A DNA stretch of 64,000 nt from Antedon mediterranea. Its lineage: Eukaryota; Animalia; Echinodermata. The notes under the pieces were generated by a model that worked only from the letters and a program-made list of their open reading frames with translations, was not told where the DNA came from and searched no databases. Made by a program: the position numbers and the translations under genes. Shown in pieces: positions 27,790 to 41,476 of this stretch (position 1 is its first letter; every line of letters begins with the position of its first letter). The stretch covers positions 13,330,001 through 13,394,000 of the forward strand of contig NC_092671.1 in assembly GCF_964355755.1 (NCBI RefSeq), given 5' to 3'.

Positions 27790-28800
27790 ACATTAAATGG
27801 AATCTTCTCTCTCATGGAAAGCTGCTGTTAATAACCCGTTTTGACATAAAAACGGAACCAATGAATAAAAATGTATTTAGAAAATATATCATTTAAGCAC
27901 TTGGCATGATACATTTAACCTTAAAACCCCTTATTTAGTCTATGCGCTTCCTGGCTTATCATGTTTTATTAGTTAGCTGTGTTGTGTGATGATCTGGTTT
28001 TTCAAAGAGAGTTACCATCTATAACTATTAATATATTTCCATTGCAGCTTATAATACATTAAAATGTACTTGCCTAAACTGTGTGCGAATTACTTTCGAT
28101 AATCAACTAAGAACAAGCGCTCCCATAAATGCTTCTGTAAATAAACATCAGCAGTACTTTTAGTATAGTCAATTAAACATTGAATAATGTTTTTTAGTTT
28201 TTAGATAGTTTAGTTTCTCTGTATATACTCACTTGTAGATTTGTTAATAGATTTGGAGGAATATTATATTTATTAAAATGTACTGTATCATGTTATGTTT
28301 ATAAATATTGAATTAACAAATATATTCTATCTATAATGGAAAAATACTCTAGACTTATATTTTTATTACGGTATTGAGCTATGCAATATAAATTTTAATT
28401 GAAATAGTAGGGATTTTGTAGTATCTCTATGGTAGTAGTTATCAGTATTATTATATATTAGCACCATATGCCCTTTCGCACCAAAAGTATATAATTAGTT
28501 TAGGGAATTCTAAGTTGTAATAGTAGATTTAATATTAGATCAGGGACACGGTAAAAAGTCTCTTATAAGAAACAACGCACTTATTGCAAACGATTATAAA
28601 TTGTTTTACATTCCATCTAATCAAAGTACTCCTATCACGTAGTATTGGCATAACTACTACTACTACTACTAGGCAATGTAACCAATCATTCATTTCTTGG
28701 TTTCAGATTGATAGAGAGGTATGTCGAAATATCAAAATATTTATTCATTTATACTATTGTTTCTTTTATTTTATAAATTAAAAATAAACTAAATACATAA
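27790..28800 (+). other. Probable terminal 3'-UTR exon of the mucin gene
   Basis: Donor G|gtaagt 4 nt after the stop (27434) and a strong polypyrimidine acceptor ending 27789. AATAAA at ~27864, ~28140 and ~28783; the true end is uncertain. Confidence 0.55.
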
Positions 28801-29400
28801 ACATTTCAGATGTATCTTATATATTTTCATTTTCTATAGTTAATGAAAAACTTTTTATAATTGTTTTTATATATTCAGTGGTAGCCATAAGGCATTACAT
28901 TGTAACTGTAGAAGTAATCAAATAAATAGACATTTTATATTACTACAATTGTAGGCCTATGCTTTGTCGGTTAAAAAATGATGTTGGTCAGTTAGTGCCA
29001 TATTTAACAGTCCTAATTACACTCAAATGTCTTTTGAATAACTTTCTATTGTTTATGCTGGACATCACCTTTTAAGAACTTCTCATTATTGTTAATTAAA
29101 AGTCGCACACCTTCCAAATGTATGTTAATGAGTTCACGCTAAACATTATTATCACACGCCCTCTATTATCAAATGGAAACATGTCGGGAATGGCATTGGC
29201 AGCAGAGACAACTAGCTGTCAATACCGCACTCAAACTATACATACTATTGACGACAATCAAGCTAAGTACATCATCCCGCCTATGTGTAGGCCTATATTA
29301 AAACGTGTTTCTAGTGTTACCATCTATTTTTAAAAGTACTCGGATGACTAAGAAAATATAAAGAGCTTTCCAACAGAAGACGTGAAGTGTACTTATAGAG

Positions 29401-29413
29401 ATGACAGACACCG
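29401..29413 (+). CDS. Putative first coding micro-exon of NOX5 (MTDT)
   Basis: ATG ACA GAC ACC G|gtaaga. The phase-1 end matches the 43854 acceptor; TATA-like tatattaaa at ~29295. Confidence 0.45.
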
Positions 29414-32400
29414 GTAAGATCCATTATTAGCACCTGGTTTTTAATTAGAAGTTTTGGTTTTATGATAGTTCATATTTTAAAATTTGTTAAAAGCAATGTT
29501 TAGACCCTTAGCAATGTTTATAATCTTCTGTCTCCTATTTTTCTGTATATAGGGCGCAACGAATGATAGTTCATTTTAATTAAAACAAAATCGTTACTGA
29601 TTATTATAAATTATTAATATTTGATAAATCAAATAAAAAATATACATTTTTTTTGCCAATAACTTAATAATAATACGATTAAAAAGCTATAAGGAAGATG
29701 TTCCTGCTTGTGAATTAGGACAGTTCAGGCCTACATACGTAACATAACTTTACTAATTCTCTTCATTTAATTTTTAATTTACGAAAAACAAACAATGCAT
29801 GCATAGTTTTTTATCAGCTTTTGAATATATCGTCATCCATCAACGTATAGCATTTCTTACAAACAAAATTGCTATTATAGTAAATTGTCACCATAAATGT
29901 AAATTCGTATTTCACTTGCTTATTCTAATTGTAAAATATGTTTTTGAAGATGTTTTAACATCCCGAAATCCAAAGTTCAGTTGGAACGTTATTTTTAATA
30001 AAAAATATGTGTATGTTAAGAAAAGGTCACATTTATACATTGTTTAATTGTAAGGACTATATATTATGCTTTGTATCTGTCAATTGTTGAATAATACAAT
30101 TGATGGCAATTAAATAATTAGTTCCCGTTAATTTATATAAAGTAAGGCATACTTATTCATTTTAATAATCGTGCTTTTTTTAATATTTTCTTATAATGAA
30201 AAACGTTTAGGCTAATTAATTGGTAAACTATTCGTGCTTGTGAATAAAGACATTGGGTTGAATGAAATGATTACTAATTACAGACACGTCCATGTCAGCT
30301 TGTGATTTTAATTCTTCAGAATAATTAATATAAGAACGGAAACAAGATTTGTCAATGAGGATTTGATGAATTTTTAACAGTTAAAATACGAAATCATTTG
30401 AACTTGAGTGCGTTGTTCAAATTTATCGGAATAATTACACTTTTTGTCCACATTAATAAGAAGTAATATAGCAACAGTTAAGTATGATGCTTAATAACAC
30501 GACATTAAAATACTAAATACTTGCAACAATTCAAATACGGGGTGATGGGATTGGTACTCCATAGACGAAATATAAAACAAATGCAAACACTAAAATAGTA
30601 GCCTTTCGGTAATAATAATGTTCGTATCATAGATGAATAAATTAAAAAGTATTGACAATTATTGCAAAATCCCAAAACAAAAATTGTCAATAAGTATAAT
30701 GTTACATTCATTGTAATTGTCATTAATTAATTAATTGATATAATTATCACTTATTAGTAGATTATTATTAGCAATTAGCATGAATTGAAATATTCTATCC
30801 TAATTGCTACTATAATTGGATGAATAATATTTCCATTAGTTTACTGATATTATTACGGATTTGTATAATTGCAAGGAATATACATATCTAGATATTTAGT
30901 ACGGTACCGTAATAGTTATACAGTACAAGCCTAATTAATTAGGAAAATAACTAGCGACTTCGTAAATTTATATGAAGATACGAAAACATGTACAGTGATC
31001 ATCATCGATTAAGTATTTTTTGTTTGTTTTTGCGTTATATAATTAAGAAAGCAACAAATACGGTGTATTTCATACTTTTATAAATTAATAATGCAGACGA
31101 AATGGGTAGGGTGCACATTTTAATCCTTCAACTTAGTATAAAGCTATGTCTACACTCTCGAATTGGGTGGGTTGGGAAAAAAAGTGTCATGTGCCCAAAT
31201 GCAGTAGTGAGGTGACATCATCTTGTCCATACATGGGCACATCACATTATAATCTGATAAGTGTGTTTGGGTATGTATGGGTACGAAAACATGTACTAAG
31301 ATCATTTATTTTAACATCTAAACCAATATTTGAAAGAAGTCAAATATAGATTGAAAGAAATTGAAAGAATTGGGAAAAAATATTGTTATTAAATGATGGT
31401 TTATTGTGGATTGTGGAAGACAGCGACCAACAGACAAACAGGCGCATAAAAAACATCTTATAATACCAATGTCATAGTGTATTGCCTAGTAAATCATTTA
31501 TGTTGTAGCACTCAGAAATAAAATAACATTTTCCATGGCCAGTTAAAAATATATTAATTGTTAACCATTCTAAGGATAAATCACACAAAAATACGCGTTA
31601 ATAGCTTGATGAATTATTAGTGAGACAATAACAACAGATTAAAATGACAGAATGATATAATCTACGTCAAGGGTTTTCAAATAATATAGTGACGTGCTAA
31701 TCCTGATCTAATTGACAGTTTCAAGCAAACTCATATCAGATTGCTCCGTCAACAAAATGGCAATGTTTACATCATTGTTCAAGCTAGTTGTGTCTCAACA
31801 CGTGTTTTTCCATTAAAAATTGATTTCCAAACGTTTTGTGATCCTTGTGTACATGAAAATGTGTGAAAGAAAACAAATAAACGTATTCAATTCATAAATG
31901 TTCAATGATATCACGACCAAAGACGCGCGCATCGTGAAACCGAAGTGGTACGCAGTGAAACCAGGGAGGTATATAAAATGTTTATACTGGTGCAACTCAC
32001 ATCAATACAAATAGACTTACTTTTAAAAGAGTATGGGTATCACTGCCTAATATTTGTATAATAAATGATAGAATGATTCCTGTTTCCATTTTCTGAAGCA
32101 AATCCATAATACAAATTCAACAGATACATATGAACTGTCGCCAACGGACCTTGCTCAGATGTCATTCAATTGGCGTCAAATTATTTCTAGATACTTAAGT
32201 AATATATTTATGTTTAATTGAGAATGCTTCGATTACAAATAATGAATAGATGTGGACAGACTGCGATAGGCATACTTGTGTTAATACAGTTATATTCATT
32301 ATTTACTGCATTGGTGGATATTTGTATTGGTATACAAACTATAAAATGCCAAATGTAGCCTAACTCAATAGGTCCAATCAGGGAGTACTACTTTCAAAAT

Positions 32401-34136
32401 AATTAACAAAGTTGTGTAAATGACTATGTAATTCTCTAGATACCATACATTGTAAGAAGCTTTGATTATTGTGTGCGGGTATTTTTCAGCATCGACATCC
32501 ATTACACAGTGTAGACAACGATCAAAAACACCCCTATTTGGGGCAAATCGTTGAACCTAAATTCGTTTAATTGTCAATAATAAGTATCTAACTCAACTTA
32601 ATTAAGTAAACAAGGTTACATTAGGTGGTTAAAATCAGTGCCGAACGTATGAGCATACACATAATTTCAGCGTAAAAAAACTTCCAATTTCAAAATGACG
32701 TTTATATTTTTTGTAATTATTAATTAATACAATTAACGTTGAGAAGCAACTGTCAGTAATAAAGTTGATTTGTATAAGTATGTGTTTGAACAGTACCCAC
32801 ACTCACAAAAATTTGCGCTTTAAATGGCGACAAAAAATGGTTTATGTATTTATTGTTAAAGGTTTTAGGTTTATCCTCCAAGGGCCCATAAATTTACCTA
32901 TACTGAAGGATTGGAATACACACTTTTGGATAGCAAAAAAAATATATATACAATGTGTAAATACATGTTTAAATAATTGTGCAATTATTCCGAAGGTTTT
33001 ATAACTTTTAGCATTGATCCAATGTCAATTGTATAGGAATGTATTTAAATTCACATTTACAGAACTATAAGTATAACAGTATGATTTAACGATATCAAAT
33101 TCAACTAAAATGTATTATACAGCCTGAGAGAAAATACACAAAATAAGTTATACTATTGATTAAACTATCGCTAAATGTTTGTATTATTGATTCAATCATC
33201 AGCACTATCATTACATCTCAAAACCTTGATTGAGAGCTTGACATGTTTATTTTTTCGTTCATACATTCTGAATTTCGATTCATCTTAAGAAATTTGCTAA
33301 ATATGTATCTTAGGGAAGGGGTGGTGTACGTTGGAGGTAGGCCCACCGACGTCGTCAAAATGAACAACCACGTGAAAATGGTATCTTTCGTATTTTAAAT
33401 ATGCAAATATACACGTCAGTCAAAGAACGATGCATATGGGAATGGTGGTGGTAAATCTGTCTTGATAAACTTCATTAATATTAAACGTTTTAACATTCTT
33501 ACTGTATTTGTTATTGGTTTTGTATTTTTAGATACGTGGATTTAACATGTTGGACTAATTAATTCATCGGTTATTTTTCATTTAGGCCTAAAATATTTCT
33601 TAATTGTTATATGTCTTCTTCTTCTTCTATTTTGATGTAAACAATGTAAATTATTCATGTTTTATCTCTTTTTTATTTTTGACTGTAAAATGTTTTTGGG
33701 AGATTGTCACCAACCTTCTTTACTCACAGATTCGTGCATATTTGACCAGCAAATCAGCTGTGTTTGCTAGAAATTGATTTTTCTTTCGGCGTTTTAAATT
33801 GGTGACATAAAAATAAAATTTCTAATAATTACAGAAGTTAATGGTCAGTTAATTTAATATTACAATTTTTTTAGAATATTTACTCATTTCCGCAATATTT
33901 CCGGTCTTTGAAACCACATGCAAAATTATTGTAAACAAAACAATAATTGTAGGCAATGCTTTAGGCAGGTGTACATTAAAATGTCCAGTTTTTCATCTCC
34001 TAATAATGATCATTTTTGTGAAATACAATAAGGCTAACAACGTGTAAGCGGTAGAAAGTAAAATGCAATAAAACGAGAGTCGAACTCGGAACATTTGACA
34101 GAAACACGAGCAAAACATGCGGAAATACACAGTATA

Positions 34137-34282
34137 CTAGGACGCAACGCAGGAACTTAAGCCGCAACGCGAGCGAATTGACCAATAAAAAAGCGATGGA
34201 TTATTCCAACTTTCGCTCGTGATTGGTCAATTCGCTTGCGTTACGGCTTACGTTCTTGCGCGTCCCAGTGGGAACAAGTCTT
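34137..34282. mobile_element. Short hairpin MITE, copy 2 of the same family
   Basis: ggacgcaacgcaggaacttaagccgcaacgcgagcgaattgaccaat...attggtcaattcgcttgcgttacggcttacgttcttgcgcgtcc is a fold-back. Confidence 0.7.
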
Positions 34283-35118
34283 AAGAAAGGACCACACTCT
34301 TGAAAAGACATACCGAAAGTAAAAGGTAATATAAAGGTAAACGTTTGGTTTTATTACGAAGAAATCTATATATTCACCTTACAGACCTTACAGGTTCCAG
34401 TAACACGCTGTAATATTCATTAATAAATCATATGTAATTTTGGTATTCATTATTAACACATTTCATCATTGAATCATCAATAATTACCTAATATTACTTG
34501 AAGGTTGAGTGTAATCAGGTATAGAATAGGTGATGATCAATGGCAGAGAAATAATAATATAAGTGATTCAAGCACTTTCTAGTAAAATATACTGTGGCCT
34601 GCATATTATATAGGCCTACTGAACCTACATCTGATCATCATTGATGGGATATCAGTTTGACTGTTATAGTATAGAAAAATCGAATGTGGACAATGTGTAT
34701 ATTTACGAAAAATACAGGTGGTAAGCTAAGCATGTGCATTCAGCCATACTAACTATTTCTTATATTAACACTATTAATCTCAGATGCAAAATCAATGTTA
34801 AAAATGTAGATCATAATCGGTAAACTACGTGGCTTTAGCTTCTATCTTGATGTTAACTATAGGAATATTATTTGTACTGATAAAGGCATTAGATGGACAT
34901 AACAAAACAATATATCGTAGGCCTACCTATTAAATTAATTATACAATTTAGAGGTTTGGAAATGACTGTTTACAGTAGTATTCAGGATGGCAGATTCATT
35001 TTCTCAAATTACCATATGATTTCAAAATATGGTATCAAATAATTAATTGTAAAATGGAGAGTTCTCGCTCTATTAAGCTAATGTGATATTTATTATTTCG
35101 TTCCACCTTATCCGGACG

Positions 35119-35303
35119 ACTAGACATGATGTAAACGGTGGGCAAGGATACTTAATTAGTATAACAGGAATAAAGTCACATTCCCCACTACTACTACTAC
35201 TACTACTAGTAGTAGTAGTAGTTGTAGTGGGTAGTTGGGAATGTGACTTTATTCCTTTTATACTAATTAAGTATCCTTGCCCACCGTTTACATCATGTCT
35301 AGT
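35119..35303. repeat. ~185-bp near-perfect palindrome with a (CTA)n(GTA)n centre
   Basis: Arm actagacatgatgtaaacggtgggcaaggatacttaattagtataa...gtcacattccc and its reverse complement. Confidence 0.9.
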
Positions 35304-37824
35304 ACTACTACTACTAGTAGTAGTAGTATTCGCAATAGTTTATATTGGTACAAGACTCACCACTTAATATTATTGTATATGTTCGTAGAGAAATAAGTTT
35401 GCTCTCATTTCTCCATATGTTATTGTGTGTAGGCTTAAATTTATGTCGAGAATTGTTCATACCATACAATTTACGTATTTTATTTATAGCAAATATTCAA
35501 AACTGTACACTGTGGTAAGACCAGGTACTAGGTAGAAATAACTGCTGCCAAAATATACCGTAATAAATATAGTATTTTTCACGCTGCTGCTCTAGCCCGC
35601 TACGTCACACGAGATGACTCATTCATTAGATGAAATCAAGCAGCAGTATAGTACTACACTTTGACATTTTTGTTAAAATGGAAACTCGACTATAATTTAT
35701 AGGTACCACCTGTTGAATCCAAAAAACGGCTGGGAAAAGAGTCTAATGACAAATCCCAAAGCATTTCTGGTATTTATGAGTCCCATGATATTAATATAAT
35801 TCACTGTCAGATAATCATTGAATTATTATCAAAACAGTCCATTGAAGTTTTTGTTTGTAATAGGATACTTGAAGTATCTAGGCGTGATGAAGTGACACCC
35901 AGACTTGACCTTAGCAATAACAATAAGCGAGCAGCGTTTTTTGTAAGAAATATTCTTGTTTAAATATACTTTTGCCGGTCAGAGACGGTCCTCATAAGTA
36001 CCGTATAAAAGCAGTATTTAAAAATTATACTCATTCACATGTTAATCCAATAAAACTTGACCGAAATCAAAGGTCAGATATTTTTTTTCCTCTTTGACCA
36101 TGGTCATGATATGATAAAATAACTATAAACTGGAATACGTGTTTTTACACATCACATAACAAGAAGTTTGATTTTATTGATTATCATCATACAGTCAAGT
36201 TTAACACAGCTATAAGTTTGTCCGCATTTTTAAATATAAAGGTAGATGATCATTAAAATATCGTCGTGTTTTTATTTGAAGGGGTTATTTTTAGTTATTT
36301 TAGTGATATGATAAAACCTATGCAAATCCGATTTATCCCGTGGGAGTTGAATAGGCTATGTGCTCTGTAACTCTTTTAATGGTTTCATTGATCAGTGTGC
36401 GTAGCTGTAAAAGCTAGACGAGAAGGACAAGGGAGTTATCATAACCTCATCATCATAGTGCAGGGTTATAATAACTCAATCAAAATAAGACATTGATAAT
36501 ATCATAATAATCAATACATAAATTATTTATATTTTTAAATATACATTCATACTACACCTATTTTGTAGATTGTTACTATAAATGTATAGATTTTTGGTTG
36601 TATTTTAATTGTGTAAATTATGTCTATACAAGGCCGAATAAATAAAATTCATTGTCATGTATATTTTTAAATATCTCCAAAATAAGTCGGAAGAGCCAAT
36701 GTATCAATTTATGGTCATATCGATTTAAAGGTTGTCGTAAGCTAACTGTTTTCCCCAACATAAATACTCTACTTACTTAGGATATACACATTGCCTAAGA
36801 TTTATCAGTATCCCCCCGCACCCCCGGTAATAGGCCTTGCCAAGTAGGTGGCCATGATTGCATAAGAGAGGTGAACCTCCCTGATTACATTGTCATTTTA
36901 TAATTGCCATTGCATTTTTGCATATTATCACGGCAGTGTATGCCCTCCAAAAATGCCTCGATAGTACATGTGTTTAGTGTACGACTGTGCTTTGGTGGTC
37001 TGTTAACCTCAGATATATACCCTACAGCCGGGTGAATAACTCAATGTAATTTAGTATACAATGATTGCAGTAATCGCCCTGTCTATAACACAAATCAATA
37101 AAGCGCCAAATACGCCACACACTTTTTTTCGGCCGTGTACATAGAACAAGACGTTGTTTATGTTATGCCTATGAAATAATATAAGAACACTATGTTTCTC
37201 GTTTATTTTTATCGTTTATAGTTATACTGCATACCATTATTATATAAAACACCTATATTACACTCCACTCTTTGCAGAGGTGTAAAATGTACCACGCTTA
37301 GCTAAGGCTTGCACACGGACAAGGGCGGTAATTAACTGAAGGAAAATGGTGTATTTTTGGAGAGTGATGACGTCAGCTTTCACACGAGGAGCGAGCTGCT
37401 AAGACAACGTGACGCTGGTAGTGGGAGTGCATGTGTTTTGAAAATAACTCAGTTGTGGGTATTTTCCGAAGATTTTAAATCGCGTTTTCTTTTTAAACTC
37501 TTAAATTCATAAAATGGTAATTCAACTCTTAGCTCTTTCACTATGTAGGCCTATTTACACAACTATAGCTCTAGCCTACTCTTCTTAATTAAAGAGTAAA
37601 GTGCGTCGAATCCGCGTCTAGCGACGGTCGCGGGTTTGGTGCATCTTTTTTTTTTTTTTTAGAATTAATAGCCACCCTATTCACCCCTAGATCCGTCACT
37701 GTTTATGAGCGAAAAGAAACGTGACCAGACCCTGTTTTATGGTTCGGGCCAACCGCTTCCTTTTCCCCAATCGACCCCCATCCAAACCCCCTTAATCGAC
37801 AGCGAATATACGCGGTACACCAAT

Positions 37825-38621
37825 AGACACGTTTCGCGCTCGCGAGGTCACCGTCAGTTTGACCTTTTAGTGGGTATACAATGGTAAACAAACACAGCGA
37901 GAGGTATGTTAAAGCATGGGAGAACTGAGAGATGATCATCTTAAAAAGCAATCGTCAAAACTAGCCTTTTGATGGAATGGCATGGTAAGGATGTTATTTA
38001 TTTTCTAAACTTATGTTTTATATTCACTGTAGAATTATTTGGACATTTGGTTCGGAATCATCGACTTTATTTATGTATTCAAATTGTCATTTTTGGTTTG
38101 ACACACATAGTATTAGGCCTATATATACGGTGCAAATTTATTTACAAATGTTGCGTAAATATATTAATTATTATCTTTCATTCTTCTTCATGCTCCTATT
38201 GCATCTTCCATGTATTATGTGATGTTCTTCGGCGCTTAAACAGACACCCAAGCCTCCTAGGCCTAGTAGACGAAGTACCGCACATCAGGCAACGCCACCG
38301 GGCGGGCGGAGAGACACGAGCACATCGTGGACGTACCTTTCCTTGAAAAATTTCCAAGATTTTGCGCCACTATCCTTCGGAGCCGACGCAAACCACTCAG
38401 CAAGTGTTTGAAAATTAAAAACAGGAATATTATTCAGTGATTTTGTGTAGTTAAATTCCCGATGTATCCAACATATACAGCATTTATGATGCACCTTGCA
38501 ACAAAAGCACTCGGCAGTCGCCATTTCGCTATGCTTCAACACGCACTAGGCGAGAGGTTTTCGGTTTGTTTACAAATCTATACCCACTATTTCTGATTGG
38601 TCGCGAGCGAGAAACGTGTCT
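37825..38621. mobile_element. Internally deleted DNA transposon, ISL2EU (PIF/Harbinger-related)-like
   Basis: TIRs agacacgtttc(g/t)cgctcgcga flanked by AT on both sides, shared subterminal tagtgggtata..gtaaacaaac, and an inward-facing ORF remnant at 38285-38524 (-). Confidence 0.7.
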
Positions 38622-40178
38622 ATTGTTATTCCATGGAGAAATAAGCTAATTTCTCCATGGTTATTCGTAAATTGAAACAATTCGTAAACTCAACCGTGAG
38701 AACATAAGTCGTACCTTTCTCTGTATGAACGTACGTCCATGCGTAGTTGCAAATGAATTTCCGATTTCAGACATGTCGACGCGTATACCGCAGCCGCAGA
38801 GAGCCGGTCAAGCCATGAATGATTCGTACAAAGTTAAGAGACACCGCCAGACAAATGCGTACCACATACTGTTTACTTCGCTGTCAGTCAGTATGCATAA
38901 AGTGTATAGCCCTCCGACGTACGTCAAAATGGAATGCCGCAATTAAAATATATAGTAGTACACTTAATATGGTTTTATTTTTTACCATAAAAGAAATTAT
39001 CATATTTTTCTATTTTTTTTTATTCATAGATAAAACTGTCTTACTGCACATTTGGCCACATGTACCTACATTAAATAAAATAGAATAAGATTTTAGGGAT
39101 TTTATAGATTCACTATTCATTTTGTATTAGAAGGTGTTGTTAAGTCTGTACCACCTTAGTCTCATTATGGTTTTAAAATACCTCATTCTACTTCGATTAT
39201 ACACTGATTCATTCACAGAAATGTACTCGTATGCCAAATAATATCAGAAACGTCCCAATGGTTCAATCTTTTAAAATTCAGTCCCTCCCAAAATATCTTA
39301 CACACGACGTTGTAAGCTAGGCACGAGACCATGTTTCGAAATAATATTAGTAAAAAAGATAAATCATTTTGGCACATGTTGCGTTTTGTAGGCCTACTCA
39401 TAATAATTTAGCTAACATTTCCAGACAAAATTGAAACATCGACTGGTGAATTAATAGATACAGACATGGGACAAGTATATACTTATTATGCCTACCTAAT
39501 TCACAATTATAAAATGAGCTACTGTTGTATAATAATAATACCTCACTGAACTTAACCTGATAACGCGCTTAACAAATAAGAAGAATGTTGACTCACGGTG
39601 CGATAAATACACATGTAGGCCTACTTTGATATTGTTAGCTATTTTGTTCAACCTCCATGTTCAAATGCACGTACACATTCTGTAGGTAAAATAATATCGT
39701 CTATCTCTACTGTGAATTGTACACCAAAGTATGACCAAAACCTACATTTTGGTCTTCAATAATAATAATATACCGTATTATTGGTATTATCAATGTAAAA
39801 CATAATACTTTAGCCAAACTAAAAGACATCAGAACCATTAAGGTACAAACTGTACTGTATCGGGAATATCAAGCTTTATATTGCACCGATTACACATGGA
39901 CCAAAGCGTCATTTAAATAATCCCTTAAATATGCTCGGACTGATTTCTACTTGAAGTCCAAATATCGCATTAAGTTAGGGGTTACTTGGGGTCCGGTACT
40001 TGGAATTTGGTTTACCTAAATAGAACATTGATATCAGTCTTTAGCTCCAATTAGCTTTATGACATGGATCAAAGCAAACAGTAAATCACGCCACTTTTTA
40101 TTATCCATACAAACTGTCATCTTTTTATCATATTACAAATAATGATATCAAAGTGTTTGATCTTCTGTGTATAACCAT

Positions 40179-40285
40179 GGAGGTATAAAAAAGATAATTA
40201 CTCCCTTATCTGTTAAACATTCGGCGGCTGCAATGAATACATCAAAGGAGACAAGCTAGTTGAATCTCCTTTTTTTTATACCTCC
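40179..40285. mobile_element. 107-bp MITE, TIR ggaggtataaaaaa, flanked by ccAT/ATgg
   Basis: ccat-ggaggtataaaaaa...ttttttatacctcc-atgg. Confidence 0.7.
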
Positions 40286-41458
40286 ATGGTATAACAACTG
40301 AAACATGTTATCGTTGGTAGATAACAAAATGGATTTTCTATAGTTCGTCTTACCAATCTATGTCCGTCACTCTGCTAACGATAATATAGTTGTAGCCCGG
40401 TAGAAAAATAGGAACAGATGAGCTAATAGTATTACACATTCTGTACAAATATTAACTATTATAACACAACATTGAACCATGATTGGCTTAACAGCATCAA
40501 CTTATTTCTTCTTCAATTTAAAAAAAGATCTAATCTTCTTTTAACCACCTAGGCCTACATAACTCATAATTTGATTAAGGTTTTGTGAAATAGTGTAATC
40601 TATTTTATGTAGCTAGCTAAAGGCCACTCATAAGGGTATACAGATATATTTAATAACATTTTGGGAAATGGGAAAACAAATGTTAAACAAATTAAAATTA
40701 TTTATTTCATACTACAAGTCAAAATCAACATATGTAGGCTAATGTGTAATATTATATACAACGGAAATGAGAATGTTAAAGGTGTATTCCCTTACATGTT
40801 AATTATAACTTGAATGTAATTATTTGACCCATCACCAATGAGGGTTGCAGATTGATAAATATGACCAGCGGGATATGTTGAATTTGTCTCACACGTGATT
40901 ATTTTTTCGGAAATATTATTTTTCTATGAGAGTAAACAGTTAAAATAATTAGCTTAGTAAACATCTTTACTGATATTGAGTTGTCGGCTCTGTGCAAAAC
41001 ATCGACTATGACATCAATGAAGTACATTAGAAATTTTGTTTAATATGTGGGTTCTTTCTTTAGGAGTTTACAGAAATATTTAGAATATAATCTCACGTGG
41101 TATTTAACACCATGAGGGGTTGTTTATAATTAATATTAATAACAGTTGATCATGTTACGTCATGGTGAAGGTAAACTGTCTGTTAATTAAGATAGATCTA
41201 TTTAACACCATACAACATCACTGTGTCACCTCACATCTCCAATACTACCAATACGTGCTGATTTAATTTAACTTCACTGTTACTTTAATTATGGTATTAA
41301 ATATTACTGTTGATTTATTCAAAAGTAATTAGCACGATTTACCATTCCTATTAAATAAGATCAGCGGTAAGAAAAAGCGCCTGATGTTTCTGTAACACAA
41401 GTATTGCTAAATGGGCCTAGCTAGAATACGCACCTTTAACGCTGTTGTGCACAGCTGT

Positions 41459-41476
41459 ACACACACACACACACAC
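41459..41476. repeat. (AC)n microsatellite
   Basis: acacacacacacacacac. Confidence 0.85.

Noticed and set aside
35083-35367. ORF with poly-Leu/poly-Val resembling a membrane peptide
   Set aside because: It is a by-product of the (CTA)n(GTA)n palindrome.
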